Below the pieces are notes generated by a model. It ran no database searches, was not told the origin of the DNA, and saw only the letters and a program-made list of their open reading frames with translations. Below, piece after piece: positions 48,870 through 64,000 of a stretch of 64,000 bases of DNA (within the stretch, counting starts at the first letter, position 1; the number at the start of each line of letters is the position of its first letter). The DNA is taken from assembly GCF_009914755.1 (NCBI RefSeq), contig NC_060927.1, one strand, 5' to 3'. Source of the DNA: the human T2T-CHM13v2.0 reference genome, Homo sapiens. Position numbers and translations under genes: made by a program.

Positions 48870-49030
48870 TAGGACAGTACAATGGTTAAGTGCATGGACT
48901 CTGGAACAATAATGTCAGGATGTGAAACCAGGCTCTATCTCCTTATAGCCTTGAAGGGACCACTTGACTTCTGTGTACCCCAGTGTCTCCATCTGAAAAA
49001 CAGGGAGAGTAATGGGACCTATCTCAAACA
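48870..49030 (+). mobile_element. MIR
   Basis: atggttaagtgcatggactctgg...ccagtgtctccatctgaaaaacaggg. Confidence 0.7.
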
Positions 49031-50580
49031 TCAGCTATTACCATTTGAGCACACACTATAGCTACAAAGATGAATAAAACATCCTTGAGTTCTTATTATA
49101 CCACCCCCCACAGGGTATCATAGATCTTGTTACATGTCTAACAAGACAGCAGGAGGACAGAGGTACAATTATCAGACAGTCTTCCATTGTCTCAACTCTG
49201 CCAAACCCTGGTGGCTGGGGCTCGACAACTTGGTCACTGAGAAACTAAGGCTGGCAAGTAGGCATGTAGACTCACCTTTTGACATTCTCTGGCATAGCAT
49301 GGAAAAGAAGAAATGCAAGGGACTTGAGTGTCACCAAGCTAACAATGCTGAAAGACAGGAATTAGTACATCTCCTTCTTCACTCTGCCAGATCCTGGAAT
49401 AAGTAGCAGCACATTCCATTCCAGCCTACTTAAAATGGGAGCAGCACAGTCTTAGCCGATGATCAGAGACAAAAGATCTAGAAGTTAGAATTTCAAGACT
49501 CTCCAAGCTGGTTGCTCCAACGTTAGAAAAGTCTATGCATAACAGGAAAAAGGTTGGAACTCAAATTCTGAAAAAAACTTGATTCCAGGTAAGTTAATTC
49601 GTCATAAAAATAAAGGAAAGAAAGGGAAAAGAGAAACTATTATTTAAAGGGTTAACAGTCTAGTTGCCTCTCAAGTATTTTCTGAAGCCAGTTTAGCAGG
49701 GTTAAAGTAATATATATGAACATATTCTTGGCAGAGTATAGTAAAGAAATATGAAATTATGCAAAGACTTGTTGAGATTAAATGAATTACTGCTGCATAT
49801 GAATCAGTCTTTTTTAAAGAAGCTATACAGTATAAAATAGACACAGTCTTGTCATTGATTAGATTTACATTTCCATCTTATTTAAGCTATGCCACCTGGA
49901 GAATAAGATAATTCAATGCTTTTTTATATAAAACACCTTGGCTTAATATTTCACAATGAGAAACTTTGATTTTGAATTAAATTATGACAAAATGGAAGTC
50001 TAGGAGAATAGAATATTCAGCGTACAGGATGCTAACCATTCAATCTGGTAAAGATATTGAGTCTCTGACAGTGAATAACTATTGCAATGTACATTTTCCT
50101 ACAAATGAGAAGTAGATTCAGAAACTCTACCAAATCTTTGAAAATCACACAGCAAGGCAGGCATATATTGCCCTATTTTTGTGGTTATGTTGAGGTATCA
50201 AGTTTCTGCAGCATTCACGAAGCCCAGAAATCTCTAAATAATGCCACCCTCAGTTCATTGGTGATATCTCAAAAATGGCTAGAGAGAATTATTGTCTTTT
50301 ATACATACTGATCCAAAAGAAAGCTGTAATTTCTGTAGGACACCATCCACAAGTGTGCTATAAAGCACAACTTCACCAGGGTTCCTAGAAACACTGATGC
50401 CCTCAGCTCTTGGGGGCCTGGGTAGGGTTTCAGGCACCTAGGGACCTCAGAATGGTCTCTTATCCTACGAGCATCTTGATAGGGCTTCAAATCCCCAGGC
50501 AAGTATCACCATTATCTGTTATAGCCATGGCATGCAAAAGACGAGAGGCAGAATGGAACAGATAAAGGGAGATGGATAAA

Positions 50581-50709
50581 TGGGTTGAGTATCCCTAATC
50601 CAAAAATCTGAAATCCAATATGCTCCAAAATCCAAAAAAAAAAAAAAAAAAATCCAAAATCTAAAACACTTCTGGTCCCAAGCATTCCAGATGAGGAATA
50701 TTCAACCTG
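50581..50709. mobile_element. Tigger4a/MER46-like, internally deleted
   Basis: TIRs ggttgagtatccc / gaatattcaacctg followed by TA. Confidence 0.8.
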
Positions 50710-50759
50710 TAATTCCACACAATGTTAACAGGAATTTGGAAGAAAACAAAATATATGGG

Positions 50760-50978
50760 ATGGAGAAAATTCTGTGGCCAAATATGTGTAGGAAGTAGTG
50801 AGACAAAGTAATAGAAATTTCTTCACTGTAGGATTTACAAAAATTCTTTAACATGCTGATAGAACATGTTAAAAGAATATGATACTGTTGTAATTCAACA
50901 ACTTATTTGACAGCACACTTATTTAAATGGAATTTTACCAGAGTTAGGAATTCACAGAACACAGTTTGAAAACCACTG
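50760..50978. mobile_element. MER103C-like hAT remnant
   Basis: tttcttcactgtagga...aacttatttgac...cacagaacacagtttgaaaaccactg. Confidence 0.6.
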
Positions 50979-51073
50979 CTTTACACATTTGTGTTACCTG
51001 ATAAAAGGACTTCAATAAACATTTGAGTTACAATCGAATTATTATATATATAAAGAAACAGGGAGTTATTCCA

Positions 51074-51206
51074 TTTATTTATTTGTTTTTGAGGTGGGGT
51101 CTTGCTATATTGCTCAGGCTGGCCTTGAACTTCTGTGTTCGAGCAATCCTCCAGCCTCAGCCTCCTGAGTAGTTGGGACTACAGGTGTGTGCCATTGCCC
51201 CTGGCT
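51074..51206 (-). mobile_element. FLAM_A-like monomer
   Basis: Reverse monomer; TSD gggagtta(t/c)tcca. Confidence 0.88.
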
Positions 51207-51377
51207 CTATGGGAGTTACTCCAAATGAAGCTTCCAATGAGGAAGATATTTTATGATAAACTGAATGTAACCTGGGAGATGTGAGTAATATATGTGAATG
51301 GCCTAAATTAATTCTGTTATTTTACTTCTAAAATATTCCAGATGCATTCACACATTGCTTGTTTCCCTTTCTTTTGT

Positions 51378-52190
51378 TTCAATCAATGAGTAACTATGAG
51401 TGTCTCCTATATGCTCTAGGCACTGGGACACCCAGTCTCCCTCAGAGAGACAGACAAGATGGATCAACAAGGTAGGCAAGACGGAGCTTCTATTTTCACA
51501 GAGGCAGACAGATGATAGGAAAGCAGATATATATTATTCAGAAGTGAAAATTATGTTATACTTTTAAGGATGATATATCAATCCGGGTGATGTCAGGGAG
51601 AGTGACTATAGGTGGAAATTTGGGTGGGAGTACTATTTGAGAAGAAAGTCAATTAGTACCCCCACCCAAAATAGACCAGGAAACATTTGTAAAGGGATAT
51701 AGTCTGTTTCCTAATACAGGTGCAGGCAACTTCAATGTAAGCTAACATAATGTATTGTCAGAATAGCATTTTCCACACTCAGGAAGGGTCTGGAAGTCTG
51801 GAAGGCTATTCTAAGGAGGTGGCATAGGAACTGTGTCTGGGACCATGAGAAGGCATCAGTCAAGAAAGATCTAGGGAAGGAGATTCCCATATGAGGCAAA
51901 TGACAGGAGCAAATGCTTTGAGATGGAAATGAGCTTGGGGAAAACTCAGAACAGGATGATTGGAGCTGGAGCACCCTGTGAGGCGCAGAAGGTGGCCTAA
52001 GATGAGCTGGAGATGCAAAGAGAGACAGACCACGTGGGATCATAGAGCCCATGGTATGGAATTTGGATCTTTGTCTGCAGGAAGCTGCTCAGCAGTTTTC
52101 AGCAGGAAAGTGCTATGACATGATTTCTGTTGTTAAAAACAGCTGCTGCTGTGTGGGAAACAGCAAGAAGAAAAGCTGAAAAGATGAAGA
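51378..52190 (-). mobile_element. L2 fragments
   Basis: Reverse L2 3' end (tgagtgtctcctatatgctctaggcactggga) and purine-rich L2 body. Confidence 0.6.
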
Positions 52191-53834
52191 GAAGTAATTC
52201 ACCCCTAAACATGGTAAGTTACTTCCTCAAACCCCAGGGCCTAAAATTCCAAATCCTGGAGAAATAAGTCAAACTAGATAGTCATTCAGCTAAGCAAAGA
52301 GCAGGTGTTCTGTGGCACAGCTGAACTTTTACCCTTCAAACAGTATTGTCAGAAGAGAAACAACTGTCCCAAAGAAATGATGCAAAGAAAAAACCGTATT
52401 TTTTTAAAAATTATTTTGTCTAGGACACCACTATTCTTAACACTTTTTTTAAAAAATCTTAAAGGAACTTGGGGATAAAACTTTTTTAACTGCATAAGCA
52501 CTATTCCTCTAGTAGAACTTGAGTGTGTAATGAAGCCAATTGTTTTTTAAAATAGTAAGGCTTTACTGTGATTCCTAATCAATACTCATATGACATCTCC
52601 TCACAAAATGATCATTTACTGTGTTTAATAACTCTTGAGATTAAATAGGAATGACATGCAGTAAAACCTGACTAATTTTGATCTGATTAAATCAAGTTTT
52701 GCAAAAATTTGGACCTGGCATGGTCTGAATCTGTGTTCTGCATTATCCAATAAAAACAAATCTGTCCTACAAATTAGCAGTTAACAAAAAATGGAACGGG
52801 GGGCGGGGGGGGATGATATTCACTCTGAAGAAAACAAGCCATCTACAAGTATATTCATATAGGACCAACACACTAATTATAAACTGCTTATCTATTCCTG
52901 ACAGCAGGTCACTCCAAAATCTCTATTACATTATGTAAGCATACGTTGAGGTTGCCTGCACCTACATTGGTAAACAAACTATATTCATTTAAAAATATTT
53001 CCTGGCTGAAAGTTCTCAATGACTTCAGCTAACAATACAGTTAGGATCAAAGTTTGAGGTTGGCTAAAATCACATGAAATCACTATGTATGAGCATTTTG
53101 GGTATAATACTATGCACAGTAGACAATATAAAACATAAAACATATATATTTTATACAGTCATTTAAGATTTGGTTTTATCTGAATGTCTAAGTGGACTAA
53201 CTTCCAGCCAAAGGTTTAGAAACAACACTGAATCTAACTCAGGGAAGAGCCACTGCCAATCCTGCTTTACTAAACATTACAACCACTACCAGCAAGGCCA
53301 AATTCCTTGAGCAAATGTGTGTTTGCTGACCCTGGAACCCATCTTTGAAGCTCCCCATCGCTAATGAAAAGTGAACTCTACTTCCTGACCTTTTCAGCTG
53401 TTCTGGGAATCCAGCCATAACCAGAGTCTCCCAAGAGAATCTCTGAATTTGTCTACTGCAAATACAGCACTGCAATCTAAGCAGGAAACTGAACTAGATT
53501 TTAAAACAAGCCGTTAGCAACAAAAGGCAGAACATTAAAATCACCATGTAATACAATCCTGCTACCACTGACCTTTGGTTATATAAGTAGTTCAGAATGA
53601 CTTGATTGAATAAGAGATGCTGTATTACTTTCTTTCTGTGACTAAACATTTTGGGGCCTCATGTTCAATTAGAAATTAAAATTTGGCCACACATACCAAG
53701 AGTCTAATTACATTTCTCAGCATCTGTCTTTCTTTCCAGGCCAAAAGAAAATATTTATGAAGAGCAGATTGAGACAAAATATACTGCTGTGGAATTGGTG
53801 AATATCTCCATTACATCATTTGCCTTTTAGGTGG

Positions 53835-54402
53835 TTTATCAGTTAGGAATGCTTTTGGCTGCAAATAAGAGAATCTTTGCATAAGAGTAGCTTAAACAGT
53901 TAGTGGCTTATTTATCTCACAAAATCTGGAAGTGATCCCTGGGGTTGCTTCAGCTCTTCAACAATGCTATAAAAAAAAATGGCTTCCACCATTCTCAGCA
54001 TGTGAATTTTCTTCCCCAAGCCTGTCACCTCATTTTCACAAGATGCTACTACCTTTCCAAGCAACATATCCTCATTTAAAGCAGGAAGCAGGAGACAGGG
54101 GCGAAATGACTATCTTCATGAGTATCCATCATCTTTACTAAGGAAGGGAATCTCTTCTACTTCCCCTCACGTCTCATTGGCCAGAGCTGGGTCGCATATA
54201 CAACTCTAGACCAGTCACTGGTGTGGCAGAATGGACTGACGAGACTGGCTTAGACCAACTGTGATTCACGACGTATGACCTGGGACAGGCCTGCTTTGCC
54301 TGAGATCAAGTAATTGTGCTGACTAGACACAAAATCAGGGGTCAGTTAGCGGGAACAGGGAGAGATGCTACTGAGGAGATAAGGACAGCACTGTAACCCA
54401 CA
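53835..54402 (-). mobile_element. MLT1K/L-like MaLR LTR
   Basis: tcagttaggaatgcttttggctgcaaataag...cacgtctcattggccagagctgggtc...caaaatcagggg. Confidence 0.75.
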
Positions 54403-55042
54403 AATGTTTCCTAGAATGGAAAGATCTACGGATAAACAAATGAATAAATGGTCACTAAAAGAAAAAAGTAATAGTTCATTTTTGTTTTCTCTACAGCAAA
54501 ATATTGTGAGAGGCTGAAGTGTTGTCAGAGCTGTAGAACAGAATCTGTTATTGTCTAACTCTCCCCACCCCCCCGGGGTTTTTGTTTTTTTTTTCTTTTT
54601 AATAAGTGAAATGGTTACCTCCATTGTAGTTTTGCCAAATTCAATGAAAAGAATCACAATGAATCAAGTTACCTCTAGAGGCATCTTCTAGCCCCCAAAT
54701 TTAGTTACTGGATAACTCAAAAGGTAACCACCGTGCAACAGGGCATTTCTTCCAGTTTCCCTGAAGGGTGATCAAAATGTCCATTTAAAACATATAACCC
54801 ATACCCCATGATTTAATGACTGGTATATAAGTAAAAGGCTGAACTTACAAATACTCTCAAGAGAGAAACCCTGTCTTCAGAATGTAATAGCTTTGGAGCA
54901 AATATGGGAATGTTTGTTTGCCATGTCAGACATACATAAAAGGAATTTTCGTGTTATGGCTAAAAACACCATCACACAGTCCACCTTAAAACTTGGCTCC
55001 AGTCGGGTTAAATAGAATTCTAACAGCATTTAAGGAAATCTA

Positions 55043-55367
<325 letters not shown>

Positions 55368-56253
55368 TTACATTATCATGCATAAATCAGGCATTTTTAG
55401 TGCTTTAAATAATAAATGGCGCTCTTAAAATTCAGCCTAAAAGCAAGCTGTGCTTATTTATCCCCAGGATTCGAAGACTGATACTAAGAAGAATGTTAAA
55501 TGTGGATAGTAGCCAGAATTGGAATATAAGGTGTAATCTCCATTCTTGCTAAGTTTACAAGCACAGGAAAGAATGAGGGTCTAAATTTTAGAAACTGTTG
55601 TGTACAATATTGTCAGAGTTGATTACTTGTGGTTCTGATATAATACTGGGATACTGAAATGTCGCAATTAAACAATTCTATTTTAAGTATTATGAATATT
55701 TTTCCCCTTTAAGTTATATAGCTTCTTGGTAGAAAACATTCACGTATCAATTTAGCAAATTAGCCCCTGCTGAACTGTTCAGAAATAAAACGAGTTCAGT
55801 CTCTGCATAAAGAAGAGGGCACCAACCTCAGAGAGATAACAGAATCTAGAGAAGAAAAGTTCCTGCCTCTTTTCAATGTCTGTGTGCTAGGATTGCAGTC
55901 CAGGTGCTCTGCACTTAGGTAAAACACACAGACAAGCCAGATTTGGCTACTCTCATTTACAAGACATGAAAACTTGCAAAGACTTTGTACACAAACCCAC
56001 TTCTCATTAGACTGATCCTTGGGGATACTGATAAGCAGTAACTAGTGAAGAGTACAACCTCATCCTTCCTGCCACACTTTCCAAGAGCTCCCAGGATTAG
56101 CTGTGCGAGAAAGGGAAAGAAACGGTTTCTGAATCATTTCAAACCACCAGCATCCTTCCCCAGACTCTCTAACATCAAGCTGCTCTCTGCTACCCTCTAG
56201 AGGATATCAGCATTACAACAGTAAAGAAGAAAGACTGCTAATCACAGCGCGGC

Positions 56254-56294
56254 ACTTACCTAGAAAACAAGAATGTGAAGTTGAATAGAATGAG
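56254..56294 (-). promoter_or_regulatory. Candidate recursive splice site (3'ss fused to 5'ss)
   Basis: Minus strand reads ctcattctattcaacttcacattcttgttttctag|GTAAGT; no other AG for 38 nt upstream. Confidence 0.4.
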
Positions 56295-56658
56295 GATTCC
56301 TTCAATATAATATACAAAACTCTTTTGAGACTTCTGTTTTTAGTATCAACTATCATAACAAAATTATGCAAAAATCCTGCTACAGATTATACATCACAAT
56401 TAAGCAAAAGTTATGCATATCTTCTCTCATTCCCCAAGTCTGATCCACTTCCTGGAGTTTGTACTAACTCAAAGCATTAAACTATATGCTAAGAAGTATC
56501 TTTAAGGTCTGGCAAAAAAACTATGACTCTGATTCTTGAATTCATTGATGAGAAACTCAAATGAGAAAAATGAACTAGGTGTAAAATATCAGGGAATGAT
56601 GAGGACTGTGGCAAACTGGGGAATCTCCTGCCCCATTAATGGGGTAAGAATCTATTAA

Positions 56659-57067
<409 letters not shown>

Positions 57068-57846
57068 TAATTGTATGTAAAAATCTCTATATTTTAGAAT
57101 GTTTGACCTCAAAACACTGTAATAAGAAAAACAAATAATGAAATATCTTGAAGATTTAGCCCATCAGAGCAGACATTTCTGCTCTAAGATTATCTGTCAG
57201 TGGCAACTGCAATCCAAGAGAAAAACCAGAGAAGGAAACCTCATCCATCTCTCACACAATGAGAGTCATCCTATCAAAAAACCATCTGGTTTATAGGGAC
57301 AGATGTAGCAGATGTGGTAATTTGAAGACCGTTTAAATCTTCAGCCAGTCCCTTCCTTGGATGTTTGATCTTAATCTTGAAACAAAGTGGCTACATTATA
57401 TGGCATATTAAGGCATAAATAAATCACTGCAACCATCTAGGATATTTCTTCCTTGCCTGCTCAGTCCAGAAGCACAGAAGATAGTCAGATGGACACTTCC
57501 AAGAAGGGAATGGAAGCAATGAAACCACCTTCACATGTTTGTAGGAGGCCATGTCACTACAGCTGTTGTTAATCCACTCCCAGGGAAGGGCAATGCAGGT
57601 TTGCTGTTTAACACCGAAATTCCTGCTCTAATTCTGAGTGTTACTTTTCTCCATCTTGGGTCTGATTTAAAATCCAATCTACTCCTCCTATCACTATAAT
57701 GTCCCTTTCTGAGGTCCATTTATCTTTCTCAAAAAGAAGAACATCGTCTCAGTCGATTTTTCCCATGGCTGACAGGGTTTGGAGAACAGATATAGCAGAT
57801 GAGGATGCCAACTCATTTTTCATTTGCAGGTTAAAAACATTATCTT

Positions 57847-58150
57847 GACTGGGTGCAGTGACTCACACCTGTAATCTCAGCACCTTGGGAGGCTGAGGCA
57901 GGAGGTGGGAGGAAGGCTTGATCCCAGGAGTTCGAGCACCCTGAGCAACACAGGGAGACCCTGCCTCTACAAAAATTTAAAGACTTGGCCAGGTATGGTG
58001 GCACTTGCCTGTAGCCCTAGCTACTTTGGAGACTGAGGCAGGAGGATCTCTTGAGCCCAGGAGGTCGAGGCAGCAGTGAGCCGTGATCATGCCACAGCAC
58101 TTTAGCCTGGGCAACAGAGTGAGACCCTGTCAAGAAAAAAAAAAAAAAGA
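57847..58150 (+). mobile_element. AluJ-like
   Basis: Alu dimer whose tail runs into a GA repeat. Confidence 0.92.
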
Positions 58151-58245
58151 AAGAAGAGAAAGAAAGAGAGAAAGAGGAAGAGAGAGAAAGAAAGAGAGAA
58201 AGAGAGAGGGGGAGAGAGAGAAAGAGAGAAAGAAAGAGAGAGAGG

Positions 58246-58277
<32 letters not shown>
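58132..58277. repeat. (GA)n/(GAAA)n polypurine microsatellite derived from the Alu tail
   Basis: Read directly. Confidence 0.95.
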
Positions 58278-58502
58278 CTGTCTTGTCTACATAACCTTCA
58301 TTATCATTAGTCAAATCTCTATTTCAACAGCATTGAAAACTCTTTAGTGACTGTTTCCAACACAAATATATGACTGCTGAAGATTCCTGAAGGAAGCAGA
58401 GTTGTTAAAATCTAACAATAAGCGAGTCCTCTTGAATGTGTGTATGGATTTATTATAAATTTCCAGGGAAGCTAAATCCAGTGTCACATCTAGATAAACA
58501 GC

Positions 58503-58612
58503 AGGAGGGGAGGACAGAGAAGGAAATGGTGGGGGGAGGGGAGGTGAAGAGATGGGAGGTGAGGGGAGGAGAAGGGAGGAAGAGAGCGGAGGGGAGGGGA
58601 GGGGGAAGGAAG
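58503..58612. repeat. G/A-rich tract with G-quadruplex or triplex potential
   Basis: Multiple runs of three or more G. Confidence 0.75.
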
Positions 58613-59033
58613 ACAAATCCTAAAATTATCCTATAGATCATTACAATTCACATAAAAGCTTCTCTCTATTAAAAAAGAAAGTATATACCTATGCATACAA
58701 TTGAGTTACTTGAGAATCTGGCAAAAGACCCTTATTATTTAATAATAAATTACTCCTGAAACACAAAGCTAAATTTAAATATCTATGAATGTCATTTAAC
58801 CTCTGAAGATGTTTCATCAAATACATATTGGAATCATGCTGTATTCCTAGCATTTAATTTTTTTCTTGAAAATGAATGAATAAGAGCCATGTAGACTGCT
58901 TTAAAATTTCACTTTATAGATTGCTGTCTGCAAGTGTTCTAATAATAGACAAATGGAAACAGAAGTTACGGATTTTTGGGGGGGTTCTCATTTTAAAAGT
59001 GGATAAAGCCTGTTTTTAAAAGTGTGTCTGCAC

Positions 59034-59075
59034 GTGTGTGTGTGTGTGTGTGTGTACAGGAGATCAACAGAAAAT
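59034..59075. repeat. (TG)n microsatellite
   Basis: Read directly. Confidence 0.93.
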
Positions 59076-60016
59076 ATAAATATTGGAGGTGATTCCTAAG
59101 GTTATGCAAGATGGTGAGACCTACATAAGAACCAATAAGATGAGTGAGATCAGCGAGATTCCATTAAGTTGATCTATCATGTAATATTGTCAACAGATCC
59201 AGGGCAATCTGAAGCCTCCACAGATGGTCAGACAGCACTGAATTTGGTATTCACGGCTCTTGCTAGGGATCCGTCCAACCCAGTGAATGATCCTTGAGCT
59301 AGTATAAAAATGCAACCCCCAGGCCCCACAGCAGCACCTCAGTTATCATTATTATCAACAACCTACTGAAGACAAAAAGAAAAGCAACATGTGCTGACCA
59401 AGGAGGCTCCACAGTTAAAGATTCTCCCTCTGCTAAGTTTCACTTACAACAAAAAAAATTTGACTTGCCAATACACATATATTAACATTGATGTCCGCTG
59501 CCGCTCATTAAATGCTTAGAATGTGCCAGGTTATCAAGCACTTTACAGGCACCATGTCAATAACTGAAGCCTCTGTGAGGACCATTCTTACCTCCACAGT
59601 CAGATTTCATAGAGGCCCATGGAGATTAGATAGCCTGATCAAAGTTCTACTCCCAGTGAGTGCCCGAGCAGCAATCTGAACCCACATCTTCATCTCTAAA
59701 GACACTGCTCTTGCCTGAGACACTCCAACAATTAAATCTCCCAGACGCAGAATTTTCAGAAGTAACACTGATATTTTTGAAAGTGAATTCAGAGAGCCGA
59801 AGGTTCATTCTCTGTTACCATCATTCAATTCTCTTATGGTTTTCTATGGGTCTTGCCAAAAGAGCACTTTGATTTCTATCATTCTATTTCCAACCTGTAA
59901 GAAAAGTTCCCAGCAAAAGTAGCAGCTTCATCTATGTGGAATCTTCCAGTGGTGACTTTTAGATCAATGGAGTTCCAGGTGACAAGAACAGAGACTCCTT
60001 TTAAAAGAATGCTATT

Positions 60017-60580
60017 TGTATTAGTCAGGGCTCTCCAGAGAAACAGAACCAATAGGACATATATATACAGATATATAAGAAGAAGTTTATTTATAGGAAT
60101 TGGCTCACATGACTGGCTCATGTGAATTGGCCAAGGAGTCCCACAATATGCTGTCTGCAAGCTAAAGAACCAAGAAAACTGGTGGTATATTTCAATCCAT
60201 GATGGTATAAACTCCCAATCCAAGCCAGAAGGCTTGAGAACCTGGGGAGGGTAAGGGCAGCACTGGTATAAATCCTCCAGAGACCGAAGACCCAGAAACC
60301 AAGAGCTCCAATGTCCAAGGGCAGGAGAAGATGGGTGTCCCAGCTCAAGAAGAGAGAACAAGTTCGCCCTTCCTCCATATTTGTGTTCTATCCAGGCCAG
60401 CAAAGGACTGGATGATGCCCATCCACATTGGTGATGGCAGATCTTCTTTACTCAGTTTATTGATTCAAATGCAAACCTCTTCCAGAAACACTCTTACAGA
60501 TACACCCAGAAATAATGTTTTACCAGCTACCTGGGAATCTCTTAACCCAGTCAAGATGACACACAAAATTAACCATCTCA
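60017..60580 (-). mobile_element. MLT2B-type ERVL solo LTR
   Basis: tgtattagtcagggctctccagagaaacagaacc...aaaattaaccatctca; 5-bp TSD ctatt at 60012-60016 and 60581-60585. Confidence 0.92.
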
Positions 60581-60684
60581 CTATTAATTTCAAAGGCAAC
60601 TTCATTCCTAGAATACCACAAACACCTTTGTGCCCACCAGCCAGAACTGATTGTTAATACTGTCACACTTGCATCAAGACTTTT

Positions 60685-60980
60685 TTTTTTTTTTCTTTTT
60701 GAGACGGAGTCTCGCTCTGTCCCTAGGCTGGAGTGCAGTGGCGCGATCTCGGCTCACTACAAGCTCCACCTCCTGGGTTCACACCATTCTCCTGCCTCAG
60801 CCTCCTGAGTAGCTGGGACTACAGGCACCGCCACCACGCCTGGCTAATTTTTTGTATTTTTAGTAGAGACGGGGTTTCACCGTGTTATAGCCAGGATGGT
60901 CTCAATCTCCTGACCTCGTGATCCACCTGCCTCAGCCTCCCAAAGTGCTGGGATTACAGGCGTAAGCCACTGCGCCCAGC
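60685..60980 (-). mobile_element. AluY
   Basis: Y-type caagctcc and ttcacaccattctcc; perfect TSD gcatcaagactttt. Confidence 0.94.
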
Positions 60981-60997
60981 GCATCAAGACTTTTAAA

Positions 60998-61058
60998 ATG
61001 AATGGATGGATGGACAGATGGACGGACGGGTGGATGGATGGACAGATGGATGGATGAA
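60998..61058. repeat. (GGAT/GGAC)n tetranucleotide repeat
   Basis: Read directly. Confidence 0.9.
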
Positions 61059-61823
61059 TAAATCAGCCTTAAATTTAATGAATAAAAGCAACTTCTTCCA
61101 GTAAAGAACAAGTCAATGTTTGGAACTAATTAATTTATTCACCAGGTATGCCCTGAGTTAGAATCCAGCAATGTGCTAAATACTGGGGATACAACAGGAA
61201 ATAAGACAATAATGTAACATTGTTCCAATACAGGAAAGGAGAGAGCATTGTGGGAGCATGGCAGGTGGTAGCTCACTCACAATCACTGGCTGCCATATGG
61301 TGCCCGGTTTTCCAATACTTCCAAGAGGCAGAAAATAAAGATTTTACATGGGTAGGTGGCTGGGGTCAAACCACAAAGGTCCAGGCTAATCACGTCAAAT
61401 TACAACCAATGAAAGATTTTAAATGAGGAAGTGAGATCACTAAATTCTACTTTATCAACATTACTCTACCCACATATGGCAAATGGGTTGGAAGGGGTGA
61501 AGATGGAAGCCTGAAGTTTCACTTAACCAATTACCGAAAACAACACACACACACCTCTCTCCACACACACACACGCCATTAGCTCATTAAACCTGCCTCA
61601 TTAGGACTCCTAAAATCAGATTCCACATTCCCTTACAATATTCTAACTTGAAAATAAAAACTCACTGTAGGCAACTAGTGCTTTCAAAGCCCTCCAGTTT
61701 TCCTTCCTCTTTGTGCTAATGGCTTTAGGCCACATCTCACTGCAGGAGCAAAGTGTTTAAATCACAACAGGTTTGCACTGACAGTGGCACTCATCCCATC
61801 AATATCCTCAGAGAATACTTATA

Positions 61824-63736
<1,913 letters not shown>

Positions 63737-64000
63737 GAATGGCTTTCAAGCACTAGTTTATCTGAAGCCTCTGATAGGAATGTGCATTCAGTATGCATGC
63801 GTATTCCCACACACCCTCAAACACACAGAAACATAACAACCCATATTCATTTTTCTGCCAGGAAACACCACAAATCAATTTCCACTAGTGTCTTTTTGGT
63901 TTTTAAAACAATTTACTGGACTGATAATGATGCTAATAATATTTTCTGGGCACTGGTCATTGTGTGAGGGACATTACTACATTATCTTAATTTAATGCTC

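Noticed and set aside
60097-60132. tcacatga/tcatgtga inverted repeat in the MLT2B LTR as a template switch
   Set aside because: Equally explained by a tandem duplication of tggctcacgtga with opposite CpG decay.

Overview
Primate genomic DNA, probably human or another great ape (it carries AluY and an L1PA2-type element). It is AT-rich, has no CpG island and no recognisable intact protein-coding gene, and a large part is interspersed repeat: about 28 Alu/FLAM copies, L1PA2, L1PA7/8, L1MD/L1MC, L2, MIR, MaLR/ERVL solo LTRs, hAT elements and Tigger1. The only gene-derived sequence is a decayed processed pseudogene of ILF2 (NF45) at ~10910-12450. The large L1 pieces and the pseudogene all lie on +, which suggests (inference) one long intron of a minus-strand gene. 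Best leads: (1) two minus-strand sites with branch point, polypyrimidine tract and TAG|GTAAGT, at 56259/56260 and 38808/38809, matching the recursive ('ratchet') splice-site consensus; (2) a 36-bp-arm hairpin apparently made by template switching in the pseudogene 3' UTR; (3) a recent 284-bp templated insertion copied from 1 kb downstream with an internal 118-bp skip; (4) a 59-bp CpG-containing orphan insert inside an Alu; (5) several smaller fold-back scars. Nothing here demonstrates a new biological system. Repeat subfamily names come from recalled consensus sequences, not from a search.
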